A stretch of DNA of 64,000 nt from Squalus acanthias (taxonomy: Eukaryota), in the NCBI GenBank assembly GCA_030390025.1, contig JASTWF010000033.1, forward strand, positions 5,582,001 through 5,646,000. The letters are read 5' to 3'. Below, piece after piece: positions 35,448 through 50,900 of the stretch; positions within the stretch are counted from its first letter, which is position 1; each line of letters opens with the position of its first letter. The position numbers were made by a program, and so were the translations under genes. Below the pieces are notes generated by a model. That model made no database searches. It saw nothing but the letters and a program-made list of their open reading frames with translations, and had not been told where the DNA came from.

Positions 35448-38400
35448 GTCCAAAGATGTGCGGGTTAGGTTGATTTGGCTATGATAAATTGACCCTTAGT
35501 GTTAGGGGGATTAAATACGTGGGGTTACGGGGATAGGGTGGGATATGTGTCGGTGCAGGCTCGATGGGCCGAAATGGCATCTATCTGCATTAGGGGATTC
35601 TGTGATTCTGTGATTTCACAGACCCAAACAGTTCCGTTCACAGACATGGAAAGCTGATTTCAAAAACCAAGACAGCTCATTTCACAAACACAGAAAGTTC
35701 ATTTCACATACCCAGACATTTCCCTTCACAGACCCAGACCACTCATTTCACAGATTCAGACAGCTCAATTCACAGACACAGACATCTCCATTCACAGAAC
35801 GAGACAGCTCCATTCACAGACTCAGACAGCTTAATGCACAGACCCAGACATCTCCATTCACAGACCTAGACAACGCATTTCGCAGACTCCGAAAGCTCCA
35901 TTCACAGACCCATGCAGCTCCATTCACGGACCCAGACAGCACATTTCACAGACGGAGAAAGCATATTTCACTGACCCAGAGAGCTCCATTCACAGAGTCA
36001 GACAGCTCCATTTACAGACCCAGACAGCTCCATTGAAGATAGTTCTTCGACCTGAAACGTTAACTCTGTTTCTTCCTCCACGGATTGTGCCTGGCCCGAA
36101 GAGTTTTCCAGCGTTTTCTGTTGATAGATTCATTCACAGATTCAGACAGCTCCATTCACAGACTCAGAAAGTTCATTTCAGAGACCGAGATAGCACCATT
36201 CACAGACACAGACAGTTGCATTCACAGACCCAGACAGCACCATTCACAGACACAGACAGTTACATTCAGAGACCCAGACAGTTCTATTCACAGACCCAGA
36301 CAGCTCCATTCAGAGACTCAGACAGCTCCATTCACAGATCCAGACAGCTCCATTCACAAACACAGACAGTTCCATTCAGAAACTCAGACAGCTCCATTCA
36401 CAGACTCCGAAAGTTTATTTCACAGATCCAGACAGCTCCATTCACAGACCAAGACAGCTCCAATCATAGACCCAGACAGATCAATTCACAGACTCAGACA
36501 GCTCAATTCACAGACTCAGACAGCTCCATTCACAGAAACAGATAGCAACATTCACAGACATGGAAAGCTGATTTGAAATAAACAGACAGCTCATTTCACG
36601 AACAGATTCAGACAACTCATTTGACAGACCCAGACATCTCCATTCAGAGACTCAGAAAGCTCATTTCAGACACTCAGACAGCTCCATTCAAAGATCCAGA
36701 CGGCTGACTTCAAAGACTCTGAAAGCTCAGGTTACAGACCCAGACAGCTCCATTAACAACGTCAGACAGCTCCATTCACAGACCCAGACAACTCCATTTT
36801 CAGACCCAGACAGCACATTTCCCAGACCCAGACAGCTCATTCACAGACACAGACAGTTCCATTCACAGATCCAGACAGCTCCATTCACAGACCCAGACAG
36901 CTCCATTCCCATACCTAGACAGCTCATTCACCGACACAGATAGCTCCATTCACAGACCCAAACAGCACCATTCACAGACACAGACAGCTCCATTCACAGA
37001 TCAAGACAGCTCCATTCACAGAACCAGACAGCTCCATTCACAGACCCAGACAGCTCCATTCACAGACACAGACAGCTCCATTCACAGACCCAGACAGCTC
37101 CATTCACAGACCCAAACAGCTCCATTCACAGACACAGACAGCTCCGTTCACAGACCCAGACAGCTGCATTTAAAGACTCAGACAGCTTCAGTCACAGACC
37201 CAGACAACTCCATTCACAGACTCAGACAGCTCCATTCACAGACCAAGACAGCTCATTCACAGACCCAGACAGCTCCATTCACAGACTCAGACAGCTCAAT
37301 GCACAGACCCAGACATCTCCATTCACAGAACTAGACAACGCTTTTCGCAGACTCCGAAAGCTCCATTCACAGACCCATGCAACTCCATTCACAGACCCAG
37401 ACAACTCATTGCACAGACCCAGACAGCCCATTCACATACCCTGACATCACAATTCACAGAGGCACACAGCTCCATTCAGAGACTCAGACAGCTCCATTCA
37501 CAGACCCAGACAGCTCCATTCACAGACCCAGAAAGCTCCATTCACAGACCCAGCCAGCTCCATTCACAGACACAGACAGCTCCATTCACAGACTCAGACA
37601 GCTCCATTCACAGACCCAGACAGCTCTATTCACAGACCCAGAAAGCTCCATTCGCAGACCCAAACAGCTCCATTCACAGACCCAGACAGCTCCATTCACA
37701 GACCCAGACAGCCCATTCACAGACACAGATATCTCCATTCACAGACCCAAACAGCTCCATTCACAGACTCTGACAGCTCCATTCACAGACACAGACAGCT
37801 CCATTCACAGACCCAGACAGCTCCATTTACAGACCCAAACAGCTCCATTCACAGACCAAAACAGCTCCATTTAAAGACCCAGACAGCTCCATTTACAGAC
37901 ACAGACAGCTCCATTTACAGACCCAGACAGCTCCATTTACAGACTCTGACAGCTCAATTCACAGACAAAGACAGCTCCATTCACAGAAACAGACAGCTCC
38001 ATTCACAGACCCAGACAGCTCCATTTACAGACTCTGACAGCTCAATTCACAGACACAGACAGCTCCATTCACAGACCCAGACAGCTCCATTCACACACCC
38101 AGACAGCTCAATTTACACACTCAGACAGCTCCATTCAAAGACCCAGACAGCTCCATTCACAGACCCAGACAGCTCCATTTACAGACTCTGACAGCTCAAT
38201 TCACAGACACAGACAGCTCCATTCACAGACTCAGACAGCTCCATTCACAGACCCAGACAGCTCCATTTACAGACTCTGACAGCTCAATTCACAGACACAG
38301 ACAGCTCCATGCACAGAAACAGACAGCTCCATTCACAGACCAAGACAGCTCCATTTACAGACTCTGACAGCTCAATTCACAGACACAGACAGCTCCATTC

Positions 38401-41400
38401 AAAGACACAGACAGCTCATTTCATCGACCAAGACAGCTCCATTTACAGACTCTGACAGCTCAATTCACAGACACAGACAGCTCCATTCAAAGACACAGAC
38501 AGCTCCATTCACGGACCCAGACAGCACATTTCACAGACGCAGAAAGCATATTTCACTGAACCAGAGAGCTCCATTCACAGAGTCAGACAGCTCCATTTAC
38601 AGACCCAGACAGCTCCATTGAAGATAGTTCTTCGACCTGAAACGTTAACTCTGTTTCTCTCTCCACGGATTGTGCCTGGCCCGACGAGTTTTCCAGCGTT
38701 TTCTGTTGTTAGATTCATTCACAGATTCAGACAGCTCCATTCACAGACTCAGAAAGTTCATTTCAGAGACCGAGATAGCACCATTCACAGACACAGACAG
38801 TTGCATTCACAGACCCAGACAGTTCTATTCACAGACCCAGACAGCTCCATTCAGAGACTCAGACAGTTCCATTCACAAATCCAGACAGCTCCATTCACAA
38901 ACACAGACAGTTCCATTCAGAAACTCAGACAGCTCCATTCACAGACCAAGACAGCTTCATTCATAGACCCAGACAGATCAATTCACAGACTCAGACAGCT
39001 CAATTCACAGACTCAGACAGCTCCATTCACAGAAACAGATAGCAACATTCACAGACATGGAAAGCTGATTTGAAATAAACAGACAGCTCATTTCACGAAC
39101 AGATTCAGACAATTCATTTGACAGACCCAGACATCTCCATTCAGAGACTCAGAAAGCTCATTTCAGACACTCAGACATCTCCATTCAAAGATCCAGACGG
39201 CTGACTTCAAAGACTCTGAAAGCTCAGGTCACAGACCCAGACAGCTCCATTAACAACGTCAGACAGCTCTATTCACAGACCCATACAACTCCATTTTCAG
39301 ACCCAGACAGCACATTTCCCAGACCCAGACAGTTCAGTCACAGACACAGACAGTTCCATTCACAGATCCAGACAGCTCCATTCACAGACCCAGACAGCTC
39401 CATTCACATACCTAGACAGCTCATTCACCGACACAGATAGCTCCATTCACAGACCCAAACAGCACCATTTTGAGACACAGACAGCTCCATTCACAGATCC
39501 AGACAACTCCATTCACAGAACCAGACTGCTCCATTCACAGACCCAGACAGCTCCATTCACAGACCCAAACAGCTCCATTCACAGACACAGACAGCTCCAT
39601 TCACAGACCCAGACAGCTCCATTTAAAGACTCAGACAGCTTCAGTCACAGACCCAGACAACTCCATTCACAGACTCAGACAGCTCCATTCACAGACCAAG
39701 ACAGCTCATTCACAGACCCAGACAGCTCCATTCACAGACACAGACATCTCCATTCACAGAACGAGACAGGTCCATTCACAGACTCAGACAGCTCAATGCA
39801 CAGACCCAGACATCTCCATTCACAGAACTAGACAACGCTTTTCGCAGACTCCGAAAGCTCCATTCACAGACCCATGCAACTCCATTCACAGACCTAGACA
39901 ACTCATTGCACAGACCCAGACAGCCCATTCACATACCCTGACATCACAATTCACAGAGGCACACAGCTCCATTCAGAGACTCAGACAGCTCCATTCACAG
40001 ACCCAGACAGCTCCATTCACAGACCCAGAAAGCTCCATTCACAGACCCAGCCAGCTCCATTCACAGACCCAGACAGCTCCATTCACAGACTCAGACAGCT
40101 CCATTCACAGACCCAGACAGCTCTATTCACAGACCCAGAAAGCTCCATTCGCAGACCCAAACAGCTCCATTCACAGACCCAGACAGCTCCATTCACAGAC
40201 CCAGACAGCCCATTCACAGACACAGATATCTCCATTCACAGACCCAAACAGCTCCATTCACAGACTCTGACAGCTCCATTCACAGACACAGACAGCTCCA
40301 TTCACAGACCCAGACAGCTCCATTTACAGACCCAGACAGCTCCATTTACAGACCCAAACAGCTCCATTCACAGACCAAAACAGCTCCATTTAAAGAACCA
40401 GACAGCTCCATTTACAGACCCAGACAGCTCCATTTACAGACACAGACAGCTCCATTTACAGACCCAGACAGCTCCATTTACAGACTCTGACAGCTCAATT
40501 CACAGACAAAGACAGCTCCATTCACAGAAACAGACAGCTCCATTCACACACCCAGACAGCTCAATTTACACACTCAGACAGCTCCATTCAAAGACCCAGA
40601 CAGCTCCATTCACAGACCCAGACAGCTCCATTTACAGACTCTGACAGCTCAATTCACAGACACAGACAGCTCCATTCACAGACTCAGACAGCTCCATTCA
40701 CAGACCCAGACAGCTCCATTTACAGACTCTGACAGCTCAATTCACAGACACAGACAGCTCCATTCACAGAAACAGACAGCTCCATTCACAGACCAAGACA
40801 GCTCCATTTACAGACTCTGACAGCTCAATTCACAGACACAGACAGCTCCATTCACAGACCCAGACAGCTCCATTCACAGACACAGACAGCTCATTTCATC
40901 GACCAAGACAGCTCCATTTACAGACTCTGACAGCTCCATTCACAGACCCAGTCAGCTTCATTCACGGACCCAGGCAGCTGATTTCACAGACCCAGACAGC
41001 ACAATTCACAGACGGAGAAAGCATATTTCACTGACCCAGAGAGCTCCATTCACGGAGTCAGACAGCTCCATTTACAGACCCAGACAGCTCCATTGAAGAT
41101 AGTTCTTCGACCTGAAACGTTAACTCTGTTTCTCTCTCCACGGATTGTGCCTGGCCCGCTGAGTTTTCCAACGTTTTCTGTTGTTAGATTCATTCACAGA
41201 TTCAGACAGCTCCATTCACAGACTCAGAAAGTTCATTTCAGAGACCTAGATAGCACCATTCACAGACACAGACAGTTCCATTCACAGACTCAGACAGCTC
41301 AATTCGCAGACCCAGACAACTCCATTCACAAACCCAGACAGCTCCATTTACAGACATGGAAAGCTGATTTGAAAATAACAGACAGCTCATTTCACGAACA

Positions 41401-44400
41401 GATTCAGACAATTCATTCACAGACCCAGACAGCTCCATTCACAGACACAGACAGCTCATTCACAGACTCAGACAGCTCCATTCACAGACCCAAACAGCAC
41501 CATTCGCAGACTCAGACAGCTCCATTCACTGACCCAGACAGCTCCATTCACAAACCCAGACAGCTCCATTCACAGACCCAGACAGCTCCATTCACAGACG
41601 CAGACAGGTCTATTCACAGACTCAGACAGCTCCATTCACAGACCCAGACAGCTCGATTTACCGACCCAGACAACTCCATTCACAGACTCAGACAGCTCCA
41701 TTCACAGACCCAGACAGCTCCATTCACAGACCCAGACAACTCCATTCACAAACCCAGGCAGCTCCATTCAAAGATCCAGAAAGCTCATTTCGCAGACTCA
41801 GACAGCTCCATTTAGAGACCCAGACAGCTCCATTCACAGACTCAGACAGCTCCATTTAGAGACTCAGACAGCTCCATTCACAGACACAGACAGCTCCATT
41901 TAGAGACTCAGACAGCTCAATTCACAGACACAGAGAGCTCCATTCACAGACCCAGGCAGCTCCATTCACAGACTCAGACAGCTCACTTCAAAGACTCAGA
42001 AAGCTCATGACACAGACCCAGACAGCTCCATTCACAGACTCAGACAGCTCCATTCACAGACCTAGACAGCTCCATTCACAGACTCAGACAGCTCTATTCA
42101 CAGACCCAGACAACTCCATTCTCAGACCCAGACAGCTAATTTCACTGACACAGACAGCACCAATCAACGACCCAGACAGTTCCATTCACAGACCCAGACA
42201 GCTCCATTGAAAGACACAGACAGTTCTATTCACAGAACCAGATAGATCATTTCACAGACCCAGACATCACCATTCACAGACCAAGACAGATCGTTTCACA
42301 GACTCAGAAAGCTCATTTGACTGTCCCAGACAGCTCCATTCACAGACCCAGACAGCTCACTTCACAGACCTAGACAGCTCCATTCACAGATCCAGACAGC
42401 TCCATTCACAGACCCAGACAGTCCAAAGATGTGCGGGTTAGGTTGATTTGGCTATGATAAATTGACCCTTAGTGTTAGGGGGATTAAATACGTGGGGTTA
42501 CGGGGATAGGGTGGGATATGTGTCGGTGCAGGCTCGATGGGCCGAAATGGCATCTATCTGCATTAGGGGATTCTGTGATTCTGTGATTTCACAGACCCAA
42601 ACAGTTCCGTTCACAGACATGGAAAGCTGATTTCAAAAACCAAGACAGCTCATTTCACAAACACAGAAAGTTCATTTCACATACCCAGACATTTCCCTTC
42701 ACAGACCCAGACCACTCATTTCACAGATTCAGACAGCTCAATTCACAGACACAGACATCTCCATTCACAGAACGAGACAGCTCCATTCACAGACTCAGAC
42801 AGCTTAATGCACAGACCCAGACATCTCCATTCACAGACCTAGACAACGCATTTCGCAGACTCCGAAAGCTCCATTCACAGACCCATGCAGCTCCATTCAC
42901 AGACCCAGACAACTCATTGCACAGACCCAGACAGCCCATTCACATACCCTGACATCACAATTCACAGAGGCACACAGCTCCATTCAGAGACTCAGACAGC
43001 TCCATTCACAGACCCAGACAGCTCCATTCACAGACCCAGAAAGCTCCATTCACAGACCCAGCCAGCTCCATTCACAGACCCAGACAGCTCCATTCACAGA
43101 CTCAGACAGCTCCATTCACAAACCCAGACAGCTCTATTCACAGACCCAGAAAGCTCCATTCACAGACCCAAACAGCTCCATTCACAGACCCAGACAGCTC
43201 CATTCACAGACCCAGACAGCCCATTCACAGACACAGATATCTCCATTCACAGACCCAAACAGCTCCATTCACAGACTCTGACAGCTCCATTTAAAGACCC
43301 AGACAGCTCCATTTACAGACACAGACAGCTCCATTTACAGTCCCAGACAGCTCCATTTACAGACTCTGACAGCTCAATTCACAGACACAGACAGCTCCAT
43401 TCACAGAAACAGACAGCTCCATTCACAGACCAAGACAGCTCCATTTACAGACTCTGACAGCTCAATTCACAGACACAGACAGCTCCATTCACAGACCCAG
43501 ACAGCTCCATTCACAGACACAGACAGCTCATTTCATCGACCAAGACAGCTCCATTTACAGACTCTGACAGCTCCATTCACAGACCCAGTCAGCTTCATTC
43601 ATGGACCCAGGCAGCTGATTTCACAGACCCAGAGGGCACAATTCACAGACGGAGAAAGCATATTTCACTGACCCAGAGAGCTCCATTCACGGAGTCAGAC
43701 AGCTCCATTTACAGACCCAGACAGCTCCATTGAAGATAGTTCTTCGACCTGAAACGTTAACTCTGTTTCTCTCTCCACGGATTGTGCCTGGCCCGCTGAG
43801 TTTTCCAACGTTTTCTGTTGTTAGATTCATTCACAGATTCAGACAGCTCCATTCACAGACTCAGAAAGTTCATTTCAGAGACCTAGATAGCACCATTCAC
43901 AGACACAGACAGTTCCATTCACAGACTCAGACAGCTCAATTCGCAGACCCAGACAACTCCATTCACAGACCCAGACAGCTCCATTCACAGACCCAGACAG
44001 CTCATTCACCGACACAGATAGCTCCATTCACAGACCCAAACAGCACCATTCTCAGACTCAGACAGCTCCATTCACAGATCCAGACAGCTCATTCACAGAC
44101 ACAGATAACTCCATTCACAGACCCAAACAGCACCATTCACAGACTCAGACAGCTCCATTTACAGACCCAGACAGCTGCATTCACAGACCCAGACAGCTCC
44201 ATTCACAGACCCAGACAGCTCCATTCACAGATTCAGACAGCTCCATTCACAGACACAGACAGCTCATTTCATCGACCAAGACAGCTCCATTTACAGACTC
44301 TGACAGCTCCATTCACAGACCCAGTCAGCTTCATTCACGGACCCAGGCAGCTGATTTCACAGACCCAGACAGCACATTTCACAGACGGAGAAAGCATATT

Positions 44401-47400
44401 TCACTGACCCAGAGAGCTCCATTCACGGAGTCAGACAGCTCCATTTACAGACCCAGACAGCTCCATTGAAGATAGTTCTTCGACCTGAAACGTTAACTCT
44501 GTTTCTCTCTCCACGGATTGTGCCTGGCCCGCTGAGTTTTCCAACGTTTTCTGTTGTTAGATTCATTCACAGATTCAGACAGCTCCATTCACAGACTCAG
44601 AAAGTTCATTTCAGAGACCTAGATAGCACCATTCACAGACACAGACAGTTCCATTCACAGACTCAGACAGCTCAATTCGCAGACCCAGACAACTCCATTC
44701 ACAAACCCAGACAGCTCCATTTACAGACATGGAAAGCTGATTTGAAAATAACAGACAGCTCATTTCACGAACAGATTCAGACAATTCATTCACAGACCCA
44801 GACAGCTCCATTCACAGACACAGACAGCTCATTCACAGACTCAGACAGCTCCATTCACAGACCCAAACAGCACCATTCGCAGACTCAGACAGCTCCATTC
44901 ACTGACCCAGACAGCTCCATTCACAGACCCAGACAGCTCCATTCACAGACCCAGACAGCTCCATTCACAGACGCAGACAGGTCTATTCACAGACTCAGAC
45001 AGCTCCATTCACAGACCCAGACAGCTCGATTTACCGACCCAGACAACTCCATTCACAGACTCAGACAGCTCCATTCACAGACCCAGACAGCTCCATTCAC
45101 AGACCCAGACAACTCCATTCACAAACCCAGGCAGCTCCATTCAAAGATCCAGAAAGCTCATTTCGCAGACTCAGACAGCTCCATTTAGAGACCCAGACAG
45201 CTCCATTCACAGACTCAGACAGCTCCATTTAGAGACTCAGACAGCTCCATTCACAGACACAGACAGCTCCATTTAGAGACTCAGACAGCTCAATTCACAG
45301 ACACAGAGAGCTCCATTCACAGACCCAGGCAGCTCCATTCACAGACTCAGACAGCTCACTTCAAAGACTCAGAAAGCTCATGACACAGACCCAGACAGCT
45401 CCATTCACAGACTCAGACAGCTCCATTCACAGACCTAGACAGCTCCATTCACAGACTCAGACAGCTCTATTCACAGACCCAGACAACTCCATTCTCAGAC
45501 CCAGACAGCTAATTTCACTGACACAGACAGCACCAATCAACGACCCAGACAGTTCCATTCACAGACCCAGACAGCTCCATTGAAAGACACAGACAGTTCT
45601 ATTCACAGAACCAGATAGATCATTTCACAGACCCAGACATCACCATTCACAGACCAAGACAGATCGTTTCACAGACTCAGAAAGCTCATTTGACTGTCCC
45701 AGACAGCTCCATTCACAGACCCAGACAGCTCACTTCACAGACCTAGACAGCTCCATTCACAGATCCAGACAGCTCCATTCACAGACCCAGACAGTCCAAA
45801 GATGTGCGGGTTAGGTTGATTTGGCTATGATAAATTGACCCTTAGTGTTAGGGGGATTAAATACGTGGGGTTACGGGGATAGGGTGGGATATGTGTCGGT
45901 GCAGGCTCGATGGGCCGAAATGGCATCTATCTGCATTAGGGGATTCTGTGATTCTGTGATTTCACAGACCCAAACAGTTCCGTTCACAGACATGGAAAGC
46001 TGATTTCAAAAACCAAGACAGCTCATTTCACAAACACAGAAAGTTCATTTCACATACCCAGACATTTCCCTTCACAGACCCAGACCACTCATTTCACAGA
46101 TTCAGACAGCTCAATTCACAGACACAGACATCTCCATTCACAGAACGAGACAGCTCCATTCACAGACTCAGACAGCTTAATGCACAGACCCAGACATCTC
46201 CATTCACAGACCTAGACAACGCATTTCGCAGACTCCGAAAGCTCCATTCACAGACCCATGCAGCTCCATTCACAGACCCAGACAACTCATTGCACAGACC
46301 CAGACAGCCCATTCACATACCCTGACATCACAATTCACAGAGGCACACAGCTCCATTCAGAGACTCAGACAGCTCCATTCACAGACCCAGACAGCTCCAT
46401 TCACAGACCCAGAAAGCTCCATTCACAGACCCAGCCAGCTCCATTCACAGACCCAGACAGCTCCATTCACAGACTCAGACAGCTCCATTCACAGACCCAG
46501 ACAGCTCTATTCACAGACCCAGAAAGCTCCATTCACAGACCCAAACAGCTCCATTCACAGACCCAGACAGCTCCATTCACAGACCCAGACAGCCCATTCA
46601 CAGACACAGATATCTCCATTCACAGACCCAAACAGCTCCATTCACAGACTCTGACAGCTCCATTTAAAGACCCAGACAGCTCCATTTACAGACACAGACA
46701 GCTCCATTTACAGTCCCAGACAGCTCCATTTACAGACTCTGACAGCTCAATTCACAGACAAAGACAGCTCCATTCACAGAAACAGACAGCTCCATTCACA
46801 GACCCAGACAGCTCCATTTACAGACTCTGACAGCTCAATTCACAGACACAGACAGCTCCGTTCACAGACCCAGACAGCTCCATTCACAGACCCAGACAGC
46901 TCAATTTACACACTCAGACAGCTCCATTCAAAGACCCAGAAAGCTCCATTCACAGACCCAGACAGCTCCATTTACAGACTCTGACAGCTCAATTCACAGA
47001 CACAGACAGCTCCATTCACAGACCCAGACAGCTCCATTTACAGACTCTGACAGCTCAATTCACAGACACAGACAGCTCCATTCAAAGACACAGACAGCTC
47101 ATTTCATCGACCAAGACAGCTCCATTTACAGACTCTGACAGCTCAAATCACAGACACAGACAGCTCCATTCAAAGACACAGACAGCTCCATTCACGGACC
47201 CAGACAGCACATTTCACAGACGTAGAAAGCATATTTCACTGACCCAGAGAGCTCCATTCACAGACCCAGGCAGCTCCATTTACAGACTCAGACAGCTCAC
47301 TTCAAAGACTCAGAAAGCTCATGACACAGACCCAGACAGCTCCATTCACAGACTCAGACAGCTCCATTCACAGACCTAGACAGCTCCATTCACAGACTCA

Positions 47401-47900
47401 GACAGCTCTATTCACAGACCCAGACAACTCCATTCTCAGACCCAGACAGCTAATTTCACTGACACAGACAGCACCTATCAACGACCCAGACAGTTCCATT
47501 CACAGACCCAGACAGCTCCATTGAAAGACACAGACAGTTCTATTCACAGAACCAGATAGATCATTTCACAGACCCAGACATCACCATTCACAGACCAAGA
47601 CAGATCGTTTCACAGACTCAGAAAGCTCATTTGACTGTCCCAGACAGCTCCATTCACAGACCCAGACAGCTCACTTTACAGACCTAGACAGCTCCATTCA
47701 CAGATCCAGACAGCTCCATTCACAGACCCAGACAGTCCAAAGATGTGCGGGTTAGGTTGATTTGGCTATGATAAATTGACCCTTAGTGTTAGGGGGATTA
47801 AATACGTGGGGTTACGGGGATAGGGTGGGATATGTGTCGGTGCAGGCTCGATGGGCCGAAATGGCATCTATCTGCATTAGGGGATTCTGTGATTCTGTGA
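35448..47900 (+). mobile_element. Four copies of a 165-bp SINE 3' half embedded in the satellite (about 35448, 42421, 45794, 47735)
   Basis: GTCCAAAGATGTGCGGGTTAGGTTGATTTGGCTATGATAAATTGACCCTTAGTGTTAGGGGGATTAAAT is the reverse complement of the SINE body at about 17360-17430; each copy ends in (GATTCTGT)2. Confidence 0.9.
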
Positions 47901-50900
47901 TTTCACAGACCCAAACAGTTCCGTTCACAGACATGGAAAGCTGATTTCAAAAACCAAGACAGCTCATTTCACAAACACAGAAAGTTCATTTCACATACCC
48001 AGACATTTCCCTTCACAGACCCAGACCACTCATTTCACAGATTCAGACAGCTCAATTCACAGACACAGATATCTCCATTCACAGACCCAAACAGCTCCAT
48101 TCACAGACTCTGACAGCTCCATTTAAAGACCCAGACAGCTCCATTTACAGACACAGACAGCTCCATTTACAGTCCCAGACAGCTCCATTTACAGACTCTG
48201 ACAGCTCAATTCACAGACAAAGACAGCTCCATTCACAGAAACAGACAGCTCCATTCACAGACCCAGACAGCTCCATTTACAGACTCTGACAGCTCAATTC
48301 ACAGACACAGACAGCTCCGTTCACAGACCCAGACAGCTCCATTCACAGACCCAGACAGCTCAATTTACACACTCAGACAGCTCCATTCAAAGACCCAGAA
48401 AGCTCCATTCACAGACCCAGACAGCTCCATTTACAGACTCTGACAGCTCAATTCACAGACACAGACAGCTCCATTCACAGACCCAGACAGCTCCATTTAC
48501 AGACTCTGACAGCTCAATTCACAGACACAGACAGCTCCATTCAAAGACACAGACAGCTCATTTCATCGACCAAGACAGCTCCATTTACAGACTCTGACAG
48601 CTCAAATCACAGACACAGACAGCTCCATTCAAAGACACAGACAGCTCCATTCACGGACCCAGACAGCACATTTCACAGACGTAGAAAGCATATTTCACTG
48701 ACCCAGAGAGCTCCATTCACAGACCCAGGCAGCTCCATTTACAGACTCAGACAGCTCACTTCAAAGACTCAGAAAGCTCATGACACAGACCCAGACAGCT
48801 CCATTCACAGACTCAGACAGCTCCATTCACAGACCTAGACAGCTCCATTCACAGACTCAGACAGCTCTATTCACAGACCCAGACAACTCCATTCTCAGAC
48901 CCAGACAGCTAATTTCACTGACACAGACAGCACCTATCAACGACCCAGACAGTTCCATTCACAGACCCAGACAGCTCCATTGAAAGACACAGACAGTTCT
49001 ATTCACAGAACCAGATAGATCATTTCACAGACCCAGACATCACCATTCACAGACCAAGACAGATCGTTTCACAGACTCAGAAAGCTCATTTGACTGTCCC
49101 AGACAGCTCCATTCACAGACCCAGACAGCTCACTTTACAGACCTAGACAGCTCCATTCACAGATCCAGACAGCTCCATTCACGGACCCAGACAGCACATT
49201 TCACAGACGGAGAAAGCATATTTCACTGACCCAGAGAGCTCCATTCACAGAGTCAGACAGCTCCATTTACAGACCCAGACAGCTCCATTGAAGATAGTTC
49301 TTCGACCTGAAACGTTAACTCTGTTTCTTCCTCCACGGATTGTGCCTGGCCCGAAGAGTTTTCCAGCGTTTTCTGTTGATAGATTCATTCACAGATTCAG
49401 ACAGCTCCATTCACAGACTCAGAAAGTTCATTTCAGAGACCGAGATAGCACCATTCACAGACACAGACAGTTGCATTCACAGACCCAGACAGTTCTATTC
49501 ACAGACCCAGACAGCTCCATTCAGAGACTCAGACAGCTCCATTCACAGATCCAGACAGCTCCATTCACAAACACAGACAGTTCCATTCAGAAACTCAGAC
49601 AGCTCCATTCACAGACCAAGACAGCTTCATTCATAGACCCAGACAGATCAATTCACAGACTCAGACAGCTCAATTCACAGACTCAGACAGCTCCATTCAC
49701 AGAAACAGATAGCAACATTCACAGACATGGAAAGCTGATTTGAAATAAACAGACAGCTCATTTCACGAACAGATTCAGACAACTCATTTGACAGACCCAG
49801 ACATCTCCATTCAGAGACTCAGAAAGCTCATTTCAGACACTCAGACAGCTCCATTCAAAGATCCAGACGGCTGACTTCAAAGACTCTGAAAGCTCAGGTC
49901 ACAGACCCAGACAGCTCCATTAACAACGTCAGACAGCTCTATTCACAGACCCAGACAACTCCATTTTCAGACCCAGACAGCACATTTCCCAGACCCAGAC
50001 AGCTCATTCACAGACACAGACAGTTCCATTCACAGATCCAGACAGCTCCATTCACAGACCCAGACAGCTCCATTCACATACCTAGACAGCTCATTCACCG
50101 ACACAGATAGCTCCATTCACAGACCCAAACAGCACCATTCACAGACACAGACAGCTCCATTCACAGATCCAGACAGCTCCATTCACAGAACCAGACAGCT
50201 CCATTCACAGACCCAGACAGCTCCATTCACAGACACAGACAGCTCCATTCACAGACCCAGACAGCTCCATTCACAGACCCAAACAGCTCCATTCACAGAC
50301 ACAGACAGCTCCGTTCACAGACCCAGACAGCTGCATTTAAAGACTCAGACAGCTTCAGTCACAGACCCAGACAACTCCATTCACAGACTCAGACAGCTCC
50401 ATTCACAGACCAAGACAGCTCATTCACAGACCCAGACAGCTCCATTCACAGACACAGACATCTCCATTCACAGAACGAGACAGGTCCATTCACAGACTCA
50501 GACAGCTCAATGCACAGACCCAGACATCTCCATTCACAGAACTAGACAACGCTTTTCGCAGACTCCGAAAGCTCCATTCACAGACCCATGCAACTCCATT
50601 CACAGACCCAGACAACTCATTGCACAGACCCAGACAGCCCATTCACATACCCTGACATCACAATTCACAGAGGCACACAGCTCCATTCAGAGACTCAGAC
50701 AGCTCCATTCACAGACCCAGACAGCTCCATTCACAGACCCAGAAAGCTCCATTCACAGACCCAGCCAGCTCCATTCACAGACCCAGACAGCTCCATTCAC
50801 AGACTCAGACAGCTCCATTCACAGACCCAGACAGCTCTATTCACAGACCCAGAAAGCTCCATTCGCAGACCCAAACAGCTCCATTCACAGACCCAGACAG

